Both the position numbers and the translations under genes were made by a program. A stretch of 64,000 nucleotides of DNA from Callorhinchus milii (lineage: Eukaryota). Positions 46,201-57,524 of the stretch are shown here, piece by piece. The notes beneath the pieces were generated by a model. It saw only the letters and a list, made by a program, of their open reading frames with translations. It was not told the DNA's origin and made no database searches. The stretch covers positions 868,001-932,000 of the forward strand of contig NW_024704771.1 in assembly GCF_018977255.1 (NCBI RefSeq), given 5' to 3'. How positions within the stretch are numbered: position 1 is the first letter of the stretch; the number at the start of each line of letters is the position of its first letter.

Positions 46201-49200
46201 CCCCCACACACACACCCTCACATCCCCCCACACACACACCCTCACATCCCCCCACACACACCCTCACATACCCCCTCACACACCCTCACATCCCCCCCAC
46301 ACACCCTCACATCCCCCACACACACACCCTCACATCCCCCCTCACACACCCTCACATCCCCCACACACACCCTCACATCCCCCCACACACACACCCTCAC
46401 ATCCCCCACACACACACCCTCACATCCCCCCACACACCCTCACATCCCCCCACACACACCCTCACATCCCCCCACACATACCCTCACATCCCCCACACAC
46501 ACACCCCACACACCCCCCACACACCCTCACATCTCCCCACACACACCCTCACATCCCTCCACACACACCCTCACATCCCCCCACACACACACCCTCACAT
46601 CCCCCCCACACACCCTCACATCCACTCCCACACACCCTCACATCCATCCCCATACACACCCTCACATCCACTCCCACATGAGCCCTCACATTCCCCCACA
46701 CGCACCCTCATGTCCCCCCCACGAAGCACACTCACGTCCCTCACACACGCAGCCTCATGTTACCCCACATGCACACTCACGTCCCCTGCACATGCACCCT
46801 CGTGTCCCCCGCACACGCACCCTCAGACAGCCTCAAGTCAACCCCACACGCAGCATGTCTTGACCCTCACGCAGCCTCACATCCCCCCCACACGCACCCG
46901 CATGTCTCCCGCACAAACACCCTCACACACACCCTCACATCTCCTGCACACGCACCCTCATGTCGCTTCCACACGCACCCGCAAGCAGCCTCATGTTCAC
47001 CCCAAATGCACCCTCACGTCCCCACCACACACACCCTCATGTCCCCCCCACCCGTACACTCTCACATCCCCCCCACATGCGCCCTCATATCCCCCACACA
47101 TGCACCCTCACATCCCCCACACGCACACTCACGTTCCCCCACACGCACCCTCACGTTCCTCCACATGCACACTCACGATTCCCTGCACACGCACCCTCAT
47201 GTCCCCCGCACACGCACCCTCAGACAGCCTCATGTCAACTCCACATGAACCCTCACGCCACCCCCACACGCAGCATGTCTTGACCCTCACGGAGCCTCAC
47301 GTCCCCCCCACAAGCACCCTCACACAGCATCACGTTCACCTCACACGCACCCTCACATCCCCTGCACACACACCCTCATGTCGCCTCCACACACACCCTC
47401 AAGCAGCCTCACGTTCACCCCAAACGCACCCTCATGTCCCCAGCACACGCTCAATCACGTCCCCCCACACGCACCCTCACGTACACCCCACAGGCACCCT
47501 CGCCTCCCCCCAACATGCACCCTCACGTTACCCCCACATGCATCCTCACGTCACCCCCACACGCACCCTCATGTCACCCCCACACGCAACCTCACGTCAT
47601 CCCCACACGCACCCTCACATTCCCCCATACGCACCTTTTTGTCATCCCCATACGCACCCTCATGACACCCGCACAAGCACCCTCACACAGGCTCACGTTC
47701 GACTCACACGCACCCTCATGTCCCCCGCACACGCACCTTCAAGCAGCCTCACGTCCCCCCCACACGCACCCTCACATTCCCCCACACGCACCTTTTTGTC
47801 ATCCCCACACGCACCCTCATGTCCCCCGCACACGCACCTTCAAGCAGCCTCACGTTCACCCCACACGCACCCTCACATTCCCCGCACACGCACACACACG
47901 TCCCCCTACACACGCACCCTCAAATCACCCCCACATGCACCGTCACGTCCCTCTCACAAGCACCCTCACCTCACCTCACCTCCACACGCACCCTCACATC
48001 CACCCCACACGCAGCCTCACATCTCCCCTATATGCACCCTCACATGCCCCGCTACACGCAGCCACGCGTTCCCCCCACACGCACCCTCACGTCCCCCCCA
48101 CACGCACCCGCATGTCTCCCGCACAAGCACCCTCACATCTCCTGCACACGCACCCTCATTTTGCCTCCACATACACCCTCAAGCAGCCTCATGTTCACCC
48201 CAAATGCACCCTCTCGTCCCCCCACACGCGCAGCCGCGCATCCCCCCCACACGCACCCTCACGTCCCCCCCACAAGCAACCACACCTCACCCCCACACGC
48301 ACCCTCACGTCACCCCCACATGCATCCTCACGTCCCCCCCACACGCACCCTCACATTCACCCCACACACAGCCTCACGTCTCCCCCATACGCACCCTCAC
48401 GTGCCCCCCCACACATAGCCACACGTCACACCCACATGCATCCTCACGTCCCCACCACACGCACATTCGTGTCCCCCACACGCACCCTCATGTTCCTCCA
48501 CATGAACCCTCACGTCCCGTGCACACGCACCCTCACGATCCCCCCCCACTAATCCTCACGCCCCCCCCTCCACAAGCACGCTCACGTGCACCCCCACACA
48601 CACTCACATCCCCCCACACACACCGTCACATCCACTCCCACACACGCCCTCACATCCCCCCACACACACCCTCACATCCCCCCCACACGCACCCTCACTT
48701 CCCCCCCACACGCACCCTCACCTTCCCCCCACACGCACCCTCACCTTCCCCCCACACGCACCCTCACATCACCCCCACACGCATCCTCATGTCACCCCCA
48801 CACGCACCCTCACGTCCACCCCACACACACCTTTTTGTCATCCCCACATGCACCCTCAAGTCTCCCGCACACACCCTCACGTCCCACCCACATGAACCCT
48901 CACTTCCCCCCCACCCTACGCACCGTCACGTCACCCCCACACGCAACCTTACGTCACCCCCGCACACGCCCTCTCAAGTCCCCTCTGCACGCGCACCCTC
49001 ACATCCCCACCAAACGCACCCTAACGTTCCTCCACAACACCCTCATGTCCCCCCACACACACTCACGTTCATGCACACTCACACTCACGTCCCCCGCACA
49101 CGTACCCTCACATCCCACCACATGAACCCTCACGTCCCCCCACATGCACCCTCACATGCACCCTCACGTCCCCCCCATACACAACCTGACTTGAGCCCCA

Positions 49201-50771
49201 CACACCGTCACTTCCCCCCCACCCCCCACACGCACACTCACCTCCAGCCCACATGCACCCTCACGTCCTCCCCACGCACACCCTCATGTTCCCACAACGC
49301 ACACCGTCACCTCCCTCCCACACGCACACTCACATCCCCCACACACCCTCATGACCCGCCCACACGCACACTCACATGCCCTCACGTACCCCCACACACA
49401 TCCTCATGTCGCTCCGACATGCACCCTTACTTCCCCCACACACTAACCTCACGTACCCCCACACGCACCCTCACATCCCCCCCACATGCACCCTCTCGTC
49501 CCCCAACACATGCAGCCCCACTTCACCCCACAAGCACCCTTGCTTCCCCCCTACACACCCTCAGCCCCCCACACACCCTCAGCCCCCCCCACACACCCTC
49601 AGCACCCCCCACACACCCTCAGCCCCCCCACACACCCTCAGCCCCCCCACACACCCTCAGCCCCCCACACACCCTCAGCCCCCCCACACTCCCTCAGCCC
49701 CCCCCACACACCCTCAGCCATCCCCCACACACCCTCAGCCCTCTCCACACACACTCAGCCCTCTCCACACACCCTCAGCCCTCCCCACACACCCTCAGCC
49801 CTCTTACACCCTCAGCACCCCCCACATACCATCAGCCCCCCCACACACCCTCAGCCCCCCCACACACACCCCCATACACACACCCTCAGCCCCCCACACA
49901 CACCCTCAGCCCCCCCACACACACCCTCAGCCCCCCCACACACACCCTCAGCCCCCCCCCACACACACCCTCAGCCCCCCCACACACACCCTCAGCCCCC
50001 CCACACACACCCTCAGCCCCCCCACACACACCCTCAGCCCCCCCACACACACCCTCAGCCCCCTGACGCACACCCACACATTCCCCCCCACACAAACTCC
50101 TCCCCCACAGAGACACAGACTCTCAGCCTTTTTGCGGATTCTGTTCCCAGGAGATGTCGATGTTTTACACAAAGGCTTCTCTCCCGGTGACGACGCTGAA
50201 GATCATCTTATTTATGATTGTAAATGTGTCCGACATTAATGGTCTGATTCTCCCTCCAGTTACAGTCACTCTGGATCCTGACACAGCCCATCCCCGGCTC
50301 ATCCTGTCTGAGGACCTGACCAGTGTGAGACACGAAGACGAAGAGCAGCCGCTCCCTCACTCCCCGAAGAGGTTTAGTAACTATCCCATTGTCCTGGGAT
50401 CTGAGGGCTTCACATCGGGGAGACATTACTGGGAGGTGCAGGTGGGCAACAAGTCAATGTGGGCTGTGGGATTGGCCACAGAGTCTGTCAACAGGAAACA
50501 ACCAATGAGGTGGTCACCAGAGGGTGGGGTCTGGGGGGTGGAGCTGTGGGACGGGGTCTATTATGCTCTGACATCACCCCCCACCCGCCTGACCCTGACA
50601 GTGAGACCCGGGAAGGTCGGGGTTTACATGGACTATGAGGGGGGACAGATGTCATTTTACAACGCTGACAACATGGCTCATCTCCACACTTTCACCCAAA
50701 CTTTCACTGAGAAACTTTATCCTCTGTTCAATCTCTGGTTTGGTTCTGAACCTCTGACAATCTGTCGGTGA
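34186..50771 (+). CDS. Butyrophilin-like gene B, complete model, 452 aa (signal-IgV-IgC-TM-2 mini-exons-B30.2)
   Basis: join(34186..34243,34686..35033,35250..35525,37138..37257,37875..37892,39151..39177,50260..50771) = 1359 nt. All junctions are gt-ag and phase 1, with no internal stop. Confidence 0.93.
34415..34560 (-). mobile_element. CR1 3'UTR fragment
   Basis: atcatagaattatacagcacaaaaggaggccattcagccc, the reverse CR1 tail. Confidence 0.65.
34686..35033 (+). CDS. BTN gene B IgV exon
   Basis: 348 nt. Encodes [56 protein letters not shown], a hallmark BTN IgV. Confidence 0.96.
35250..35525 (+). CDS. BTN gene B IgC exon
   Basis: 276 nt. Encodes [25 protein letters not shown]; ttccag/gtcagt sites. 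Confidence 0.95.
36100..36640 (+). mobile_element. Old L2 fragments
   Basis: ccccatttccaacctgcccttcctctccaaggtgctgg matches the 5' part of the L2 at ~52610. Confidence 0.6.
36649..37047 (-). mobile_element. tRNA-derived SINE (family of 15652-15958)
   Basis: Reverse tail and body; degenerate head near 37000-37047. Confidence 0.7.
37138..37257 (+). CDS. BTN gene B transmembrane exon
   Basis: 120 nt. Encodes [40 protein letters not shown]. Confidence 0.92.
37563..37700. repeat. 12-bp tandem repeat (cccagctcagac)
   Basis: Direct inspection. Confidence 0.85.
37875..37892 (+). CDS. BTN gene B mini-exon (18 nt, DLEKRV)
   Basis: tttgtatcctccag acceptor, gtaagt donor, phase 1-1. Confidence 0.75.
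37968..38180 (-). mobile_element. CR1 3'UTR fragment
   Basis: catagaatcatagaattgaacagcacaaaaggaggccattcggccc. Confidence 0.7.
39151..39177 (+). CDS. BTN gene B pre-B30.2 mini-exon (27 nt, GLKRKNTYA)
   Basis: ttctttcttcttgattccag acceptor, CAG|gtaaga donor. Confidence 0.82.
39200..50110. repeat. ~11-kb C/A-rich degenerate satellite (core cacaccctcacatcccccc; ccctcagccccc variant at ~49556-50065) filling the last intron of gene B
   Basis: Continuous low-complexity array, interrupted only by the CR1 at 40147-41795; it generates long His/Pro/Thr pseudo-ORFs. Confidence 0.95.
40147..41795 (-). mobile_element. 5'-truncated CR1-clade LINE (RT) inserted in the satellite
   Basis: [69 protein letters not shown]; frameshifted; CR1 3'UTR near 40150-40330. 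Confidence 0.93.
50260..50771 (+). CDS. BTN gene B terminal B30.2 (PRY-SPRY) exon
   Basis: Encodes [19 protein letters not shown]...[10 protein letters not shown]...FTEKLYPLF, ending in TGA; paralog of 13083-13597. Confidence 0.96.
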
Positions 50772-50909
50772 CGGTTAATGAGGAGGAAAATTAGTCCATT
50801 ATAATGAGGAGCAAAAACCCTCAGCCATTAACTTGATACATTGGGGGTGAAAATATTCTTGGGGGGAGTGGGGGGGAGGGTGTGCACTTTAAAATGGGCA
50901 TCACCCCGA

Positions 50910-51375
50910 CCATCACCCTATACACACCCTCACATTCCCCCCCCACCCCACCGTACCCTCACATCACCCCACACACACACACACTGACATCCCCCCCACA
51001 CACACCCTCACATCCCCCCCACACACACCCTCACATCCCCCCCACACACACCCTCACATCCCCCCCACCACACCCTCACATCCCCCCACACACACCCTCA
51101 CACCCCCCCCACACACACCCTCACATCCCCCCACACACACACACCCTCACATCCCCCCCCCACCCCACCACACCCTCACATCCCCCCCAAACACACACCC
51201 TCACATAACCCCTCCCACACACACACCCTCACATAACCCGCCCCACACACACTCACATCACCCTCAGACTCACCCTCACATTCCTCCCCCACCCCACACA
51301 CAGCCTCACATAACCCCCCCACACACCCTAACACCCATCCCCCCCCCCCCCCCCCCCCCCCACACACCCCCTCAC
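50910..51375. repeat. C/A-rich satellite downstream of the gene B stop codon
   Basis: Same ccctcacatcccc unit, ending in a poly-C run. Confidence 0.9.
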
Positions 51376-51741
51376 ACCTGTGTTGGGAGAATCTGACTTG
51401 CCATCCAGTGTGTGACTCACACGCTCTGAGACAGGGATATATATCGCTGATATCTTTCTCTCCAGCAATGCCCAGTCTCACAGTCGGGGCTGTGCTCAGA
51501 ATCTCACTGAAATCTCCCAAATCACTTTTATATCTATAAACAGGTGCCGTGTTGTTCCCCAGTGAGTGGCCGCGTCTCACTGTGTATAAACACTGTGTAT
51601 TTTCAGTGACAGCTTTTATAATCTGTCACATTTCTCACTCACTGTAACAATCTTTAACCTTCAATAAACCGAGGTCACGTCTGTGTGGATATTAATATCC
51701 AAAATATTGTCATTCACTTACAAAATACTCGATCAATTTAC

Positions 51742-51747
51742 AATAAA
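51742..51747 (+). terminator. Candidate polyadenylation signal of gene B
   Basis: AATAAA at the position homologous to 14344. Confidence 0.5.
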
Positions 51748-52535
51748 TAATGTATCATTTTATGTCCAATCCTTATGCACAGTCTACACACACTCCTCAC
51801 CCTCTGATACACACATCCCTAACCCTCACCCCCTGAAACTCACACCCTGAGTTGTCTTAATTCACTCTCCAACTTACTGTGCAGAGACCACACAGATAAC
51901 ACAGTGCTGAGACACCGAATGCCCACCTCCTCCTCTGACCCTCGTTACTCTCACCGGCAGTGTTTGTTTCTGGTCCAGTTGTTGCCTCTCTCTCCGGCCT
52001 CACCGGCTGCTCCAGGTTTAGGGTTCGCTCCGTGGACTTTCATTGATTTCCCACATTTCCAACTCCATTTTAGAATTTGAGAAACCAGTGACATTGAACT
52101 CAGATCGTGTGGATGTATTCCAGAGGAATAATAACAATAATCCCTCCATTTAATACAGCACCTCATCACATCACTGAGACATCACAAATCGCTTCACAGA
52201 ATATATTGTAAAGTGTATTGACTGTGTGTTCTGTGGGCAAAATACTGCAGCCAATTGCACACAGCAGTTTCCCACAAATAGTCATGGATTGAGTAACCAA
52301 ATTATTTTTTGGGAGAGATTATTGACCACAGAAAGCGATCCACCAATCAACTGTCAACTGGGTTCCCACTTAACTGCTGGTAAACAGAGGTGTGTGGAAT
52401 AAGGAAACTTGTCTAAGATGTAAAGGGGATTGACTGGATATTTTATGAACAAAATGTTCAGGGAGTGAGGAATGGGTGAAGACGCTGTGGAGCATAATCA
52501 CCGCATGGACTGGTTTGACCGAGTTGCCTATTTAG

Positions 52536-54131
52536 TTAAAAACTGCCATCATCACGCCCACCCTGAAAAAACCCTCCCTTGATGCGTCGCAGCTATCAAG
52601 CTACCTGCCCATCTCCAACCTCCCTTTTCTCTCCAAGGTCTTGGAAAGAGTTGTCGCCTCCCAACTGCGCTCTTTCCTCTCCACCCATTCTCTTTTTGAA
52701 CCCCTTCAGTCAGGTTTCCGTGCTGCCCATAGCACAGAAACTGCCCTGGTCAAGGTCACCAATGATATCCTGACTATCTGTGACCAGGGCTCCCTCTGTC
52801 TCCTCGTCCTCCTCGACCTATCGGCAGCATTCGATACGGTCGACCACGCTATCCTACTCCACCGCTTGTCCTCCCACCTCAACCTTCAAGGCACTGTCCT
52901 TGAATGGTTTAGCTCTTACCTTTCCCACCGTCTTCACTTCGTCTCAACGAATGGCTTCTCCTCCACCCCCCGTACTGTCTCATGTGGTGTCCCTCAGGGC
53001 TCTGTCCTCGGTCCCCTCCTCTTCACCCTCTATATGCTCCCCCTTGGTGACATCATCCGCAAACATGGGGTTAACTTCCACATGTATGCGGATGACACCC
53101 AACTCTACCTTTCCTCCTCTACTCTCAACTCCACGACCACCGATGTCCTGACAGCCTGCCTGTCCGACATCGAGTCCTGGACGAGAGACAACTTTCTTCA
53201 GCTCAACGTGCGAAAAACCGAGGCCCTCCTGATTGGCTCACGTCAGCGCCTCCGCACCTCAGGCGCTGACACCATCAGCATCCAAGGCTGCACTCTCCAC
53301 CTCTCAAAGCCAGTCAGGAACCTCGGCGTTTTGTTCGACCCTGAGCTGTCCTTTCTCCCTCACATCCGCACCACAACTGGCACCGCCTTCCATCACCTCC
53401 GGAATATCGCCAGATTACGGCACTACCTCACCCCTCACGCTGCTGAAACCCTGGTTCACGCCTTTGTCACCTCAAGGCTGGACTATGGGAACTCTCTCCT
53501 CGCCGGCCTTCCCGGCACCTCCCTCCACAAGCTGCAGGTCATTCAGAACTCTGCAGCTCGTGTACTGTCCCGCACCAGGCTTCGGGACCACATCACTCCT
53601 ACCCTCGCTCGCCTCCACTGGCTCCCCATCCCCCAGAGGATTGATTTCAAGATCCTCATCCTCACCTACAAGGCCATTCACGGCCTTGCTCCCTCCTACC
53701 TCTCCAACCTACTATCCCCTACCTACCTGCCCGTAACCTCCGTTCCTCTGGCTCCGGTCTGCTCCACGTCCCCCGCCCCAACCGCCCTACTATCGGTGGT
53801 CGGGCCTTCAGCCTCTCAGCCCCGAGGCTCTGGAACTCCATCCCCCAGTGCCTTCGCCGCTTCCTCCCTTTCCTCCTTCAAGGCCGGTCTCAAAACCTTT
53901 CTCTTTGACCGTGCCTTCAGCTCCCCTCTCGACTCTCTTCCTCCTCCTCGCTCCCTCCCTTCCCTCCCCTCACCCTGACCATTTCCCCCCTCCTCTCTCC
54001 CTCCCTTCCCTCCCCTCACCCTGACCATTTCCCCCCTGCTCGGGTCATGACCCAACTGTGCAGCGCCTTGGGACGTCCTCCTGACGTGAAAGGCGCTCTA
54101 TAAATGGAATCTTGTTGTTGTTGTTGTTGTT
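52536..54131 (+). mobile_element. 5'-truncated young L2 LINE with an open 445-aa RT ORF (52641-53978) and (TTG)n tail
   Basis: [58 protein letters not shown] and LHWLPI motifs. Confidence 0.96.
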
Positions 54132-54786
54132 AGTTGCTGTACATTTTTTGACTCCCACGAGACAATTTGACAGTCAGAAAAATCCAATCCCGGTCACACT
54201 TTCATACAGTTTTACCTGTGAAGATTCCTCTCTTTGAGGCAAAACACCAACAGGTAAGTGTCAGAAATTGTTGCCTGAAATGACATTAGATTCTGATTGA
54301 AAAAAATTACTTTATTCTGTATTCCAGTTACAGGAATCACTGGTTTCACTTTCACATGTGGTGATGTGGAGTTTAAATATGAAATAAATGTTCTCTATTG
54401 TCAGGTTTGTGTCAGTAGTAAAGTGGGAGCTCTGCAGTCAGTTTATTCCCAGTTTGTGGTTTAAACGCTGAGAATTGGAGGCAAGTGAGGAGGGAAGGGA
54501 ATGGGAGCTCCTCTCTGACCTGCACCATGTTGGGGTGAATAAGGAGCGGCTGTGAGGAGGGGGAGGGGAGGGGCACATTACAGCAGTTACACATAACATG
54601 TTTCTTCCCCAAACCATCTCATGTAGACCCCCAGTGCAGGGCCAGGGGGGGCCTCACTGTCACAGTTAAAGATCTCACATCACTATTCCAACAGAGAAGG
54701 CAGTTTGTTCTGTTGTGGGTGTAAATGCAAAGAACATGTTGTAAGATCACAGAGTTATTAATTATGTTTTCCATTTTTATTAATTA

Positions 54787-57383
54787 CCGGCTGTACCTGT
54801 CGCAGCTACACTTGCAACCAAAGGATCCACTATGGAATGTAGATTTCAGTATTATTATACTTTATATTATATTTTATATTTGATTATTATACTTTATAAC
54901 AGCAACAACTTGCACTTATATAGCGTCCTTCACGCAGGGTAGTGTTTCACAGCGCTTAACGGGTGCAGCCTGACTCCGAGCTGATCGGTGGTTGGGGATG
55001 GGAGCTGCCGTAAGCACAGTCAAAGAAGAAGATTTTCCAGCGGACTTGAAAAAGGGGAATGGGCACGATGGAGGGATTGAGGGACAGTGCTCCAGAGTTT
55101 CAGGGTGTAGTGGCTAATAGCACCACCACTGATGGTGGGGCAGAGGGTGCGAGGGACGAGTGGGAGACCGGTGCCAGTCAAGCGGATGTGGAGTGGATTG
55201 GGGGGTGAGTGGGTCGGGGAAGTTTTCAACATGAGTGTGAATATCTTGAAGTTGATCCATTCAGTGATGGCGAGTCAGTGGAGCCTGGACAGAACCGGTG
55301 ACATGTTGGTATGGAGTTTGGTCCAGGTCAGTTTTCTGTGGCAGAGTTCTGAATGAGCTGGAGATCTTTTGAATGGTGGACCTGGGGAGGCCGGTGAGGA
55401 GTGTGTTGGAGTATTCCAAGAGGAGGTGACAAACACATGCACAAGGTTTTCGGCTGCATTTGTGATAAGATACCGTCGGAGGCAGGCAATTTGGTGGAGG
55501 TAGAAGAAGGTGGTTCTGGTCAGGGATTGGATGTGGGGGAGGAAGGGCAGTTGGAGGTTGAACTGGATGCCTGAATTGTGCACTGAGACTGAAGGAGAGA
55601 CCAGAGAGGTTGAGGAATTTCGATCCACAGTATTGAAGACATTGACAGACAAGGAGTATGGCTTCCATCTTGTTCATATTCAGCTGCAGGAAGTTTACAC
55701 TCATCCAGGCCTTGATGTGTGCGAGACAACCTGATAGAACATTGGGGACCTGGAGTCATAATAATAATAATAACCATCCTTGCATTTGATATAGCGGTTA
55801 ATGGAGGAGGAAAAGTAGATTTGTGTGTCATCGCATACATGTGGAAGTTTACCCCATGTCAATGGATGACAGTAGAGGAGCATATAGGTAACTAAGATAG
55901 ATGAGGGAGGACGGTGGTGGAGGAGGATGCCATGGCCAACTGTGTCGACTGTGGCGGAGAGATCAGGGAGGATGAGGAGGCAGAGGGAGCCCCGGTCAGA
56001 TAGAGAGAATGTCATTTGTGACCTTGAAAAGCACCGTCTCTGTACTGAGGGCAGAGTGAAAACCAGACATCAGGGGCTCAACGAGGGAATTGGCCTCACA
56101 CAATGCATTGTAGGATTTTGGCCGGGAAGTTTTTGGGAGGTTGGAGATGGGATGGTAGTGTGAGAGACGAGAGAGATCGAGGATGGTTTTTTTGAGGAGC
56201 CCATTATGTAATATATAATAATTCTTGCATTTGATATAGCGCTTTCCACATCTTCTCAATGTCTCAAAGAGCTTCACAGAATAGACTGTAAAGTGAAGTG
56301 ACTGTATATTTAAACCATTACAGTGGTTTTCAGGCAGAGTGGAGCAGCCTGTGGAGAGAGACTGGTCGGTTAGCAAGGAGGAGAGAAGGGGAAGTTGAGT
56401 GACCAGAGATGGGTGGGGAGGGGGTCGAGGCAGCAGGTGGTGACCTCCATCTGGGTGATAGAGACTGAGAGAGAGGGGGAGAATTGGGGGCAAAGGAGTG
56501 TAAGGAGGGGAAAGTGGCAGGAGCCGTGGTGGAGGGAGGAGGCATTGTGGATGGTCTGTGTGAGGTGGAAAGGGACATGGGATGGGGGGAGGGGATAATG
56601 CAGCCAAACAGATGGTTGAGTGGGTGCACAGAGATGGTGATGGACGGTGAAAATCAGCGTCTTTGGATTGTTATTTGCCTCCAGAGTGACTCTGGAGTAA
56701 ATGTCAGTTTTGTTCTGTGAAAAGGGGAGGCAGTAGGTGTGGAGGTGCTCGAGCCACAGATGGCAGTTTATAGTATATTGTTATACTTTTATATTATTAT
56801 TATATTTTATATTATAATTCTTTATATTATATTATTATACTTTATATAAATATGGGAGATTCCTCCCCCAAAATACCCTTAGTTTTCTCTGTCACTAATT
56901 TGTTTCACAATATATTACAACAACAACAACAACAACAAGATTGCATTGATAGAGCGCCTTTCACGTCGGGAGGGCGTCCCAAGGCGCTGGACAGTTGGGT
57001 CGGGACCCGAGCAGGGGGGGAAATGGTCAGTTTGAGCAGAGGGAAGGGAGGGAGCGAGGAGGGGGTGGAGAATCGAGAGGGGAGCTGAAGGCACGATCGA
57101 AGAGCATAGATGTATCTCTCTAGAACAGTGTGTGATTTTCTCTGTCGAAACCTTGTTGCAGAATACGAGCCATACCTCATATTTTGGGGCTTAATTAAAG
57201 TATTTTTAAAATATAGCTCATCAATGATAGGAGTTTGTGGAAACAAATATGCCCATGTCACTCCTACTTGCAACACCTTTCTGATGGGTTATAATCATGT
57301 CACTGTGTCAATCGGTTATTGTGCTATTGGTTTGACACACAGACAAACTCACACAAACATTTCATCTGATTAGTATAGATAGA
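54787..57383 (-). mobile_element. Helitron-like element split by ~2.2 kb of nested minus-strand L2/SINE fragments
   Basis: 3' end (reverse complement ..ggttgcaagtgtagctgcgacaggtacagccgg) at 54787-54850 and 5' end (reverse complement TCTATCTATACTAAT) at ~57383. L2 peptides lie between (ENLVHVFVTS, ETVLFKVTNDIL). The insertion is absent at the homologous site in gene B (~34100). Confidence 0.6.
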
Positions 57384-57466
57384 TGTACAAACACAAATCT
57401 CTGTGTGTAATGATCTGATTTGCTGTGTCGTAACCAGTTCTGATCTCATTGTGAAGGTCCTAAAAG

Positions 57467-57524
57467 ATGAGGTGGAAACACTTTCTTCAGGTCCTATGGC
57501 TTGTGCTTCCCCTCTCACTGACTG
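57467..57524 (+). CDS. BTN gene C signal-peptide exon ([19 protein letters not shown]); no IgV/IgC follows
   Basis: Paralog of 34186-34243 with intact ATG and splice sites; homology to gene B stops at ~57575. Confidence 0.75.

Noticed and set aside
41586-50239. Very long His/Pro/Thr-rich ORFs (up to 1118 aa)
   Set aside because: Several overlapping frames are open simply because the C/A satellite rarely forms stop codons. The region is the last intron of gene B.
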